From a virus (lineage: Duplodnaviria > Caudoviricetes): a stretch of DNA of 53,673 bases. Shown here piece after piece: positions 1 through 7,722 of the stretch. The position numbers were made by a program, and so were the translations under genes. Under the pieces are notes generated by a model. It saw nothing but the letters and a program-made list of their open reading frames with translations. It was not told the origin of the DNA and searched no databases. The stretch is taken from the IMG/VR virus record IMGVR_UViG_3300020205_004424, positions 1 through 53,673 of that record, one strand, 5' to 3'. The first letter of the stretch is position 1. Every line of letters begins with the position of its first letter.

Positions 1-2
1 TA

Positions 3-422
3 TATTTACGTGAAATTATTCATGTAAACGATGATGATAAAGAAATTTTAGAGGAAACTGACTTAGGTAACTATGGAATGTATGAAGGTGTTAAAGTACC
101 TTTAGACTTACCTATGTTGGAGGAAGAAGAACTCGAAGAAGCAGATAAAAAGAAAACACCACCAATTGGAAAACCAAAACGTGGAGGATCTAAAAAATTC
201 TATGTTTACGTAAGAGATAAAGGTAAAGTTAAAAAAGTATCTTTTGGAGACACAACTGGGTTATCTGTTAAAATTAATGATCCTAAAGCTAGGCAAGCAT
301 TTGCGAAAAGACATAGATGTTCTGAAAAAACTGACCGTACAAAACCTTCATATTGGAGTTGTAGAATCGGTCGTTACTGGAAACAACTAGGAGGCGCAAA
401 AAACTTTAGTGGTTTTTGGTGA
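3..422 (+). CDS. 5'-truncated hypothetical protein with basic C-terminal domain, possible internal head protein
   Basis: The frame of ORF 78..422 is open back to position 3. Acidic LEE-rich part followed by a basic domain (KKFYVYV...KVSFGD...RHRC...YWSC). Confidence 0.7.
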   Translation, partial: YLREIIHVNDDDKEILEETDLGNYGMYEGVKVPLDLPMLEEEELEEADKKKTPPIGKPKRGGSKKFYVYVRDKGKVKKVSFGDTTGLSVKINDPKARQAFAKRHRCSEKTDRTKPSYWSCRIGRYWKQLGGAKNFSGFW

Positions 423-436
423 TAAAACAATATATT

Positions 437-595
437 ATGAAACGATCAGAATTAAAACAATTTATTAAAGAGGAAATTATTAAACATAAAATTTTAGAAG
501 AAAAAAATCAAAAAGCTTCTAAAATAAATCAAAATCTTTCGAATTTAATAGAAAAAATGAAAAAAGACTTCAATATAGAAGATGAACAACTTTGA
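437..595 (+). CDS. 52-aa ORF MKRSELKQFIKEEII...EDEQL, probably the N-terminus of 582..1184 via frameshift
   Basis: Translated by hand (below the ORF-track cutoff). Carries the shared leader motif and ends in CTT TGA overlapping the next ORF in the +1 frame. Confidence 0.65.
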   Translation: MKRSELKQFIKEEIIKHKILEEKNQKASKINQNLSNLIEKMKKDFNIEDEQL

Positions 596-1184
596 TAAAA
601 TTAAACCTCTTTCTAACAAAATAGATTCTCTTTTACTAGATATAAAAGAAGTAAAACCTAATCTTTTTAGAGAATACACATTGATCGTTGATGACGCTAT
701 AAATGGTTTTATTGATTTAGGAGCAGAATATATAAAAGATAATCCTCAAGAATTTGAAATTTTCTTAAAAAAATTAAACGATATTGTAAAAATATTAGAG
801 TTTATTAAATCTAAAGAAAATATACAAGAAGAAAAAAGCAAACGTGACAGATGTTTACGTATTGCTGATCGTAAGTTTGATAAACCATCGGCTTATAAGT
901 CCGGTGCTGTAGTTAGATGCCGTAAAGGAAGTATTTGGAAAGGTATTAAAGAAGAAGTAATTCGAGAAAAAGCAAAAGAAACTCTTCGTACTTGGTTCAA
1001 ACGTAAAGGGCCTAAAGGAAAAGAAGGTGGATGGGTTGATTGTAATGCTCCTGATGGAGACGGAGGTTATAAAGCATGTGGTAGAAAAGAAGGCGAAAAA
1101 CGCGCCAAATACCCTTCATGCCGCCCAACACCAGCACAATGTAAAACACCTGGTAAAGGTAAAAAATGGGGAAAAACAAAATGA
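582..1184 (+). CDS. hypothetical protein with basic, Cys-containing C-terminal modules
   Basis: 200-aa ORF; modules separated by IQE/IKE/IRE sites; WF...GGWVDC...ACGR...YPSCRP motif. Confidence 0.7.
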   Translation: MNNFDKIKPLSNKIDSLLLDIKEVKPNLFREYTLIVDDAINGFIDLGAEYIKDNPQEFEIFLKKLNDIVKILEFIKSKENIQEEKSKRDRCLRIADRKFDKPSAYKSGAVVRCRKGSIWKGIKEEVIREKAKETLRTWFKRKGPKGKEGGWVDCNAPDGDGGYKACGRKEGEKRAKYPSCRPTPAQCKTPGKGKKWGKTK

Positions 1185-1429
1185 TTAAGTTAATAGACAT
1201 ACTCAAAGAACAAACCCAATCGGAAAAATCTCCTGCTTACATGTATTCACCTGTGGGGTTTGGATGTCATGTTTGTAAATTCTACTATGTAGAAAATGAA
1301 AAACATATGTGTGGTAATTCATATTATCAAGAACATACGGGAACTGCTGAATTAATAGATAATGAAGGAAATCAAATTAAAGATCCTTCAAAATGGTGTT
1401 CAAATTGGTTTTTACCTAAAGAAAAATGA
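1181..1429 (+). CDS. small 4-Cys protein (HiPIP-like Cys spacing) with MIKLIDILKE leader
   Basis: ATG at 1181 overlaps the upstream TGA; CHVC...C...WCSNW. Confidence 0.6.
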   Translation: MIKLIDILKEQTQSEKSPAYMYSPVGFGCHVCKFYYVENEKHMCGNSYYQEHTGTAELIDNEGNQIKDPSKWCSNWFLPKEK

Positions 1430-1962
1430 TTAAACTTGTAGACATATTAAATGAAATCCAAATTCAACCTAAAAAAAAAATAGGTTCTGGAGAGCATGGG
1501 AGCGTTTATAATTCTAGAGAAAATAAAATCATCAAAAAATCTAATGGTTTAAAAGGATTTTCCCAAGAGGAAATAGAAAATTATCAACTTTTTAATCAAC
1601 ATCCTGATATGTTTCCTCATATTTACAAATTAACTCAAGATTATGTAATTATGGATAAAATAGATTCTCCTAGTAAAGAATTGATGGATGTTTATAATTT
1701 TTTAGATGATGTGGATATATGGAGAGATGATGATTTTTTAACCAACATATATGATGAGGTTAAAAATAATAACTTAAAAATCTTCCAACAATCCCTTCAA
1801 AAAGCTAAAGAGTTAAATAGAATGGATATATATGATACTTTAAAAAAATGTTTAAATTTTTGTATTGAATTAAATAAATTATTTAAAAATAAATTTGTAG
1901 ATATACAATTAAGTAATGTAGGAATTGATGATAAAGGTAAAATAAAAATATTTGACCTGTAA
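1426..1962 (+). CDS. minimal Ser/Thr protein kinase-like protein
   Basis: Gly loop IGSGEHGSVY, Lys strand IIKK, catalytic loop DIQLSN, DFG-equivalent IFDL at the C-terminus. Confidence 0.75.
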   Translation: MIKLVDILNEIQIQPKKKIGSGEHGSVYNSRENKIIKKSNGLKGFSQEEIENYQLFNQHPDMFPHIYKLTQDYVIMDKIDSPSKELMDVYNFLDDVDIWRDDDFLTNIYDEVKNNNLKIFQQSLQKAKELNRMDIYDTLKKCLNFCIELNKLFKNKFVDIQLSNVGIDDKGKIKIFDL

Positions 1963-1963
1963 A

Positions 1964-2224
1964 ATGAAACCATACACTGACATAGAAGTTACAGATAAAT
2001 ATATTATTCGTGAATTCAACGAAAATATAGATCCAATTGAACTACTATGGCACCGTGATGATGAAGACAGAACAGTTGAAATCTTAGAAGACACAGACTG
2101 GCAACTCCAGTTAGATAATCAGTTGCCTACCTCACTAAAAGAACGTATATTTATACCAAGACACGAATGGCATAGAGTCATTAAAGGAAATGGTACTTTA
2201 AAATTAAAGATACATAAATCATGA
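1964..2224 (+). CDS. cupin-like protein
   Basis: WHRD..DR and IFIP..EWHRVIKG resemble the two cupin motifs; ATG at 1964 preferred over the track start. Confidence 0.6.
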   Translation: MKPYTDIEVTDKYIIREFNENIDPIELLWHRDDEDRTVEILEDTDWQLQLDNQLPTSLKERIFIPRHEWHRVIKGNGTLKLKIHKS

Positions 2225-2505
2225 AATTAGATAATTTAAAACAGTTGGTACAAGAGGAACTTAAACGTGCTTTGAGTGAAGGAATGACCAAAGATCAAGT
2301 CCCTACTGAACCTGGAAAATATAAAATCGAATATACTGTTGATAACGGATCAGGAGCTGATCTAGATGTAGTAAACGTTTCACAAAATGATATAGACGAT
2401 GCCATTAATTCAGGAACAAATTCATTATGGTTTTGGAAATCATTGATCGATAACAACCTTTTTGGACGTGGAGATCGAGTAATGAACGTTGAGAAAATAG
2501 CATAA
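2221..2505 (+). CDS. hypothetical protein with MKLDNLKQLVQEEL leader
   Basis: 94-aa ORF; leader nearly identical to that of 37659..38030. Confidence 0.7.
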   Translation: MKLDNLKQLVQEELKRALSEGMTKDQVPTEPGKYKIEYTVDNGSGADLDVVNVSQNDIDDAINSGTNSLWFWKSLIDNNLFGRGDRVMNVEKIA

Positions 2506-2553
2506 CATATAGACAGATTCATAGCCTGTCGACTTAAAAAAATTAGTAGAGCT

Positions 2554-2587
2554 GTGGCCTAATCTTTGGATTAGGTCACTTTTTTTT
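2554..2587 (+). terminator. intrinsic terminator
   Basis: GTGGCCTAATC-tttg-GATTAGGTCAC stem followed by T8. Confidence 0.8.
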
Positions 2588-2594
2588 GTATATT
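2565..2594 (+). promoter_or_regulatory. candidate host-sigma (early/middle) promoter TTTGG-N19-TATATT
   Basis: One of four copies with an identical 19-nt spacer; resembles the Bacteroidota -33 TTTG / -7 TAnnTTTG consensus. Confidence 0.6.
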
Positions 2595-2607
2595 AAAAAG
2601 TAATAAA

Positions 2608-3927
2608 ATGAATATGGATAAAAAAATTGTAATAGTAGGAGCTGGAGTTGCTGGTGTCAATGCTGCAACAAAATTAGTGGATAATGGATATCCTGGAGAA
2701 TTAATCACAATTATTGATATGGGTAAAGATCCATACCAACGTAAACCTGAAGAAGTAATGACAGGTTTCCTAGGTGCTGGGGGTTGGTCTGATGGAAAAT
2801 TAACTTACCATACAGCAATTGGAGGTCAATTGTCAAAATATTGTGGTGAGGATAAAGCAATGGAATTGATGGATCAAGTCATTACTAACTTTAAACGTTT
2901 CCACCCTAAACCAGAGGAAGTACAATGTTCAAATCCTGAAGAGGAACCTGAATTTATTAAACCTTATTTTGGTTTACGACTATTCCCAGTATGGCACGTA
3001 GGTACAGATTATTTATCTGAAATTGCTAAAAATTGGTACGATTATTTAGTATCTAAAGGTGTTGAATTTCGATGGGAACGAAAAGTAGAATGGATTAATT
3101 TTGATACTAAAACAGTATGGTACAAACCATTGAATTCAGTAGGTGGTTTAACTTTAGAATATGATGAACTTATTTTTGCAGTAGGCAAATCAGGTATTGA
3201 TTTTGCTCAAGAATTAGCTAATAAATACGAACTACCAGATGAACCTAAATCAGTACAAATTGGTGTTCGATTTGAAGCACCACAAGAACACTTCCAAAAA
3301 CTAATCGATATTTCATATGACTTCAAGTTATATAGAAAATTTGATAATGAAGGAGTTTCGCTACGTTCATTCTGTACAAATAATAATGCTGCTTATGTTG
3401 CTGTAGAGGAAACATATGGTGATCATTCATATAATGGACATGCTAAGAAAGACGAAGCATATAGAAACAATATGACTAACTTTGGTATCTTGATGGAAAT
3501 TAATGGTATTGAAGATCCATTTACTTGGTCACGTGATGTAGTAAATAAATTACAATCAAATGGTACTGGTTTATATTATAGTCCATCTCGTCAACCATCA
3601 ACTACATCTGAAGGTAATGGTGTAACATCAACTCAAATTAGTTTAGATACTTTAACTCATGTTGTTGAACCTGCTATGGAAGGTTACTTTAAATATGTTA
3701 TGGATTTTATCATGGATATGAAAAAAGTATTTCCAACATTGCAAGACGATTGGGGAATGTATATTCCTGAGGTAAAATATCTATCACCTGAGGTAAAAGT
3801 AAACTATGAGGATCTTAGTTTGATCGATTATCCTAACGTACATTTCGTAGGTGATGCTTTAAGCGCACGCGGAATTACAGTGTCAGGAGCACAAGCAATT
3901 TATGTAGTAGAAAGTTTTTTAAAATAA
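2608..3927 (+). CDS. FAD-dependent oxidoreductase
   Basis: N-terminal IVIVGAGVAG Rossmann motif, GAGGWSDGKL, C-terminal VHFVGDA. Confidence 0.85.
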   Translation: MNMDKKIVIVGAGVAGVNAATKLVDNGYPGELITIIDMGKDPYQRKPEEVMTGFLGAGGWSDGKLTYHTAIGGQLSKYCGEDKAMELMDQVITNFKRFHPKPEEVQCSNPEEEPEFIKPYFGLRLFPVWHVGTDYLSEIAKNWYDYLVSKGVEFRWERKVEWINFDTKTVWYKPLNSVGGLTLEYDELIFAVGKSGIDFAQELANKYELPDEPKSVQIGVRFEAPQEHFQKLIDISYDFKLYRKFDNEGVSLRSFCTNNNAAYVAVEETYGDHSYNGHAKKDEAYRNNMTNFGILMEINGIEDPFTWSRDVVNKLQSNGTGLYYSPSRQPSTTSEGNGVTSTQISLDTLTHVVEPAMEGYFKYVMDFIMDMKKVFPTLQDDWGMYIPEVKYLSPEVKVNYEDLSLIDYPNVHFVGDALSARGITVSGAQAIYVVESFLK

Positions 3928-3931
3928 AGTT

Positions 3932-4462
3932 ATGAGAATAGGTTTTTGTGGTACAATTTCAGTTGGTAAAACAACACTAGTTAATGCATTAAAAGAATTA
4001 CCTGAGTTTGCTGATTATGAATTTCGAACTGAGCGTTCAAAATATTTACGTGATTTAGGTATTCCATTGAATACTGATTCAACATTAAAAGGTCAATTTG
4101 TATTTTTTGCTGAACGTTCAAGTGAATTATATTTAGAAAATATAATTACAGATCGTACAGTAATTGATGTAATGGCATTTACACGTTCAGCTGTGTCAAT
4201 TCCATTTTTTATAGCCGATACAATAAACGAGGCTGCTTCGCATTTATTGCGCGAATATGATTATATCTTCTATGTTTCACCTGAGGGTGTTGAATTGGAA
4301 GATAATGGTGTTCGCACAACAGATATGGAATATCGTAAAGAAATTGATAAAGAGATTTGTAAACTTATCGAAAAATATAAAACTAAAATTCCTCATTTTG
4401 CTAGACTATCAGGTACTACCGAGGAAAGAATCGAGAAACTTAAAAGAGTAATAGGACTCTAA
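3932..4462 (+). CDS. P-loop nucleotide kinase (AAA_28/NadR/dNMP-kinase-like)
   Basis: GTISVGKTT Walker A, IITDRT, YDYIFY, DNGVR. Confidence 0.75.
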   Translation: MRIGFCGTISVGKTTLVNALKELPEFADYEFRTERSKYLRDLGIPLNTDSTLKGQFVFFAERSSELYLENIITDRTVIDVMAFTRSAVSIPFFIADTINEAASHLLREYDYIFYVSPEGVELEDNGVRTTDMEYRKEIDKEICKLIEKYKTKIPHFARLSGTTEERIEKLKRVIGL

Positions 4463-4470
4463 TATTTATA
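4462..4470 (+). promoter_or_regulatory. candidate late promoter ATATTTAT(A/T), first of at least 19 intergenic copies
   Basis: Copies start at 4462, 9633, 16946, 17671, 18180, 20291, 23332, 24734, 25015, 26497, 31782, 33188, 33493, 35311, 37058, 37645, 38032, 39089 and 41415, nearly all a short distance upstream of structural-region start codons. Confidence 0.75.
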
Positions 4471-4484
4471 AATAAAATTAGACA

Positions 4485-5402
4485 ATGAAAAAATCCCGTT
4501 TACTCGAAATCATACGTGAAGAAATTAGTGAGGCATTGAATGTACTCGTTACTAATAAAAAAGGCGAAACTACTACTATGCCTTTTAACACCCCAGATGA
4601 GAAAAAAGCTGTAACTAATCTAAAAGCAGATAGTAATATTACAAATATTGAAACTACTGCGGGTCAAAACATTAAAGAAGATGATCTAAACGAAATTCCT
4701 GATTTCGGTGGTCGATTCGATTCACAAGTAGCAGCAAAATATGGTGAAGGTCAAACCCTAGAAGATGCTACAAAAGACATTACAGATGAGATTCTTAAAG
4801 ATATGGGTCTTAGCCGTGACGATCTTAAAAAAGATGCTGATAAAGCAAAAGAAGTACTTAAAGCTATCCGCTCTAAAGTAGTTGGTAAAAACCAAGATTC
4901 ACGTGTTAAAAAAGCACTAGAAAAACAAACAGAATTTGATGATTCAGGTAATGCACTTCAAGCAAACCAAACCAATAATGCAATTTTAAAAGCATTAGGT
5001 TTAAAAGAACCTGGACAACGTGGTAGAAAAGCTGATCCAAACAAACCAGAAAAAGCACCTTCGACAGGCAAAAAAGGAAGACCAGCCGGTGAACCTAAAG
5101 CAAAAGTAGCTACTCGTACAGCTGGAGATGATGGATTTGATAATGTATCTTATTCTGAAGAAGATGATGAAGTAGCAGCAGCTACTAAAGCAATAAGTGG
5201 TGATGAAACTGCTAAAGAATTGGGTAATACACCTGAAGAAAAGAAAGTAAAATTCAATCAATTTTTAGCATCCGTTAAGAAAAATAAAGAAGATAAAGCT
5301 AAAATTGAAGGTATTTTAAAACTAGCAAAAGACAAATTCAAATTTCCTAAAACAATGATGGATGATTTGAAACGTGCTGCTGGTCGAGAAGTAGAAGCAT
5401 GA
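4485..5402 (+). CDS. hypothetical charged protein with MKKSRLLEIIREEI leader, putative head protein
   Basis: 305-aa ORF behind the late motif; contains basic RGRK/KKGRP patches. Confidence 0.7.
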   Translation: MKKSRLLEIIREEISEALNVLVTNKKGETTTMPFNTPDEKKAVTNLKADSNITNIETTAGQNIKEDDLNEIPDFGGRFDSQVAAKYGEGQTLEDATKDITDEILKDMGLSRDDLKKDADKAKEVLKAIRSKVVGKNQDSRVKKALEKQTEFDDSGNALQANQTNNAILKALGLKEPGQRGRKADPNKPEKAPSTGKKGRPAGEPKAKVATRTAGDDGFDNVSYSEEDDEVAAATKAISGDETAKELGNTPEEKKVKFNQFLASVKKNKEDKAKIEGILKLAKDKFKFPKTMMDDLKRAAGREVEA

Positions 5403-5761
5403 TACTAAATAAAACATTTCAACTAAAGTTATCCCATCTTATTATAGGTGGGATACTTTTATTGTTACTCGTATTTTTAGTTAAATGTAAACCAACACCT
5501 GTACAAACAAACAAATACGACAAACAAAAACAAGAAATTGAACGTTTAAAAAACCGTATTGAATTGTTAAAGTTTGGCCAACAAGCATTAAACAAACAAT
5601 TAGATCAACAAAATCATATTGTTGATTCATTGAATATAGAAATTAAACATACAGAAAAAGAGCTACAAACAACACGCACCTATTATGGCAACAAAATTAA
5701 AGATCTTACTAGTGCTTCTAATACTGAGCTCGATCAGTTTTTCTCAGACCGTTACAGATAA
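5399..5761 (+). CDS. membrane-anchored coiled-coil protein, spanin-like
   Basis: N-terminal hydrophobic stretch followed by Cys (VFLVKC), then a coiled coil; overlaps the next gene. Confidence 0.5.
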   Translation: MILNKTFQLKLSHLIIGGILLLLLVFLVKCKPTPVQTNKYDKQKQEIERLKNRIELLKFGQQALNKQLDQQNHIVDSLNIEIKHTEKELQTTRTYYGNKIKDLTSASNTELDQFFSDRYR

Positions 5762-6113
5762 AATTTGTTTTTCACACGATAAAGCACGAGCAATTGCAAT
5801 CGACCTTACACGAGGTGATTCGGCTATTGCTGAGTTAAAAGTTGTAAACAAAATGGTATGGCAGTTAAATGAAAAAATTGACGCCAAAGATAGCACAATC
5901 AATATTTACATTTCCAAAGAAAAAAATTATCTTGAGCAAACAGCTACATATGAAAAAGCTATGGCTGTACAAGATGAAGTAATCAAAGGTCTTGAAAAAG
6001 ACGTAACTGACCTTACCCGTAAAAATACTAACCTTAAAAGAGGAATTAAATGGTTAGGCGGAGGATTCGTGTCTTCCGTACTTATTATTCTTACATTGGT
6101 GGCAGTTAAATAA
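5685..6113 (+). CDS. signal-peptide coiled-coil protein with C-terminal TM helix, spanin-like partner
   Basis: MATKLKILLVLLILSSISFS/Q signal, coiled coil, C-terminal hydrophobic helix. Confidence 0.5.
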   Translation: MATKLKILLVLLILSSISFSQTVTDKICFSHDKARAIAIDLTRGDSAIAELKVVNKMVWQLNEKIDAKDSTINIYISKEKNYLEQTATYEKAMAVQDEVIKGLEKDVTDLTRKNTNLKRGIKWLGGGFVSSVLIILTLVAVK

Positions 6114-7714
6114 TGGAAGAAAAAAGCATTAAACAAGTTGTCCGCGAGGAGTATATAAAGTGTGCCCAATCACCGGCTTACTTTATGAAAAAATACTGCT
6201 ACATTCAGCATCCAAAACGCGGACGTATTCAGTTTAACTTATATCCATTCCAAGAAAAAGTACTTACTCTATTCCAAGAGAACCCATACTCAATTGTACT
6301 TAAATCTCGCCAGTTAGGTATTTCAACATTATCCGCAGGTTATTCACTTTGGTTAATGTTATTTCATGAAGACAAAAACGTACTATGTATTGCAACTAAA
6401 CAGGAAACCGCTAAAAACATGGTTACTAAAGTTAAGTTCATGTACGAAAGTTTACCTTCATGGCTTAAATTTGCAAGTAAACCTGACGAAGCCAATAAAT
6501 TAACTCTCCGATTACCAAATGGATCCCAAGTTAAAGCAGTTGGAGCATCAGCAGATGCAGGTCGATCAGAAGCCGTTTCTTTGTTGATTATAGATGAGGC
6601 AGCCTTCATCCACAATATTGGTGAGATATGGGCTTCAGCTCAACAAACATTAGCTACGGGTGGTGGATGTATTGCATTATCTACACCTTATGGTACAGGT
6701 AACTGGTTTCACCAAACATGGGTTTCTGCTGAAATGGGTGAGAATAGTTTCTTGCCTATTAGATTACCTTGGGAAGTACATCCTGAACGAGATCAATCTT
6801 GGAGAGATCAACAAGATAAAGATTTGGGCATTCGTATGGCAGCCCAAGAATGTGACTGTGACTTTACAACATCTGGTGACACAGTCTTTCAACCAGAAGA
6901 CATTTCTTTTTACGAGCAATTTCACGTAAAAGAACCTCTAGAAAAACGTGGTGTAGATCAAAACCTATGGATTTGGGAACCAGCGGATTATTCAAGGAGT
7001 TATCTGATCGTAGCTGATGTAGCGCGTGGCGATGGCAAGGATTATTCGGCGTTTCACATCTTTGATGTTGAAACATTCACTCAGGTAGGTGAATATAAGG
7101 GACAAATCAATACTAAGGATTATGGTCATCTATTAGTTAGCATTGCAACGGAATATAATAATGCTCTATTAGCTGTCGAAAATCAAAGTGTAGGCTGGTC
7201 AACTGTACAGACCATTTTAGATAGAGGTTATCATAATTTCTATTATTCACCAAAAGGTGGAACAAATAATGTAGATTCTTTCTTTGACCCTTATATGGAT
7301 CATAGTAAAATGACTCCGGGCTTTACAATGTCAAATACAACTCGTCCGATATCAATTGGTAAATTCCAAGAAGCTGTTATGGATAAAGGAGTTGTTTTTC
7401 ATTCTATTCGCCTATTAGAGGAAATGAAAGTATTTATATGGAGAAACGGTAGAGCAGAAGCACAAGGAGGATACAATGATGACTTAATTATGGCATTTTG
7501 TATCGGATGTTACTTACGCGAAACCGCATTTAAATTAAGAACAAGTAATATGGAAATGACTAAAAGCATGTTAAACGGGATTGGAAATTCCAAAACTGCA
7601 TATGCTGGAGGTTATTCCAATGGGCCAAGTTATGCTGATAAGTATAACAATAACCCATTTCAAATTGATAACCCTTACTCAAACGGCAAAGAAGATATTT
7701 CTTGGCTTATATAA
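6113..7714 (+). CDS. terL: terminase large subunit (T4 gp17-like)
   Basis: LYPFQ, KSRQLGIST Walker A, LIIDEAAF Walker B, STPYG, nuclease ADVARG..DYS and DDLIMA. Confidence 0.95.
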   Translation: MEEKSIKQVVREEYIKCAQSPAYFMKKYCYIQHPKRGRIQFNLYPFQEKVLTLFQENPYSIVLKSRQLGISTLSAGYSLWLMLFHEDKNVLCIATKQETAKNMVTKVKFMYESLPSWLKFASKPDEANKLTLRLPNGSQVKAVGASADAGRSEAVSLLIIDEAAFIHNIGEIWASAQQTLATGGGCIALSTPYGTGNWFHQTWVSAEMGENSFLPIRLPWEVHPERDQSWRDQQDKDLGIRMAAQECDCDFTTSGDTVFQPEDISFYEQFHVKEPLEKRGVDQNLWIWEPADYSRSYLIVADVARGDGKDYSAFHIFDVETFTQVGEYKGQINTKDYGHLLVSIATEYNNALLAVENQSVGWSTVQTILDRGYHNFYYSPKGGTNNVDSFFDPYMDHSKMTPGFTMSNTTRPISIGKFQEAVMDKGVVFHSIRLLEEMKVFIWRNGRAEAQGGYNDDLIMAFCIGCYLRETAFKLRTSNMEMTKSMLNGIGNSKTAYAGGYSNGPSYADKYNNNPFQIDNPYSNGKEDISWLI

Positions 7715-7722
7715 AATAGAAT

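Noticed and set aside
2512-2546. Firm preQ1 riboswitch call
   Set aside because: The loop does not match the consensus well and no queuosine genes follow; kept only as an unnamed structured element.
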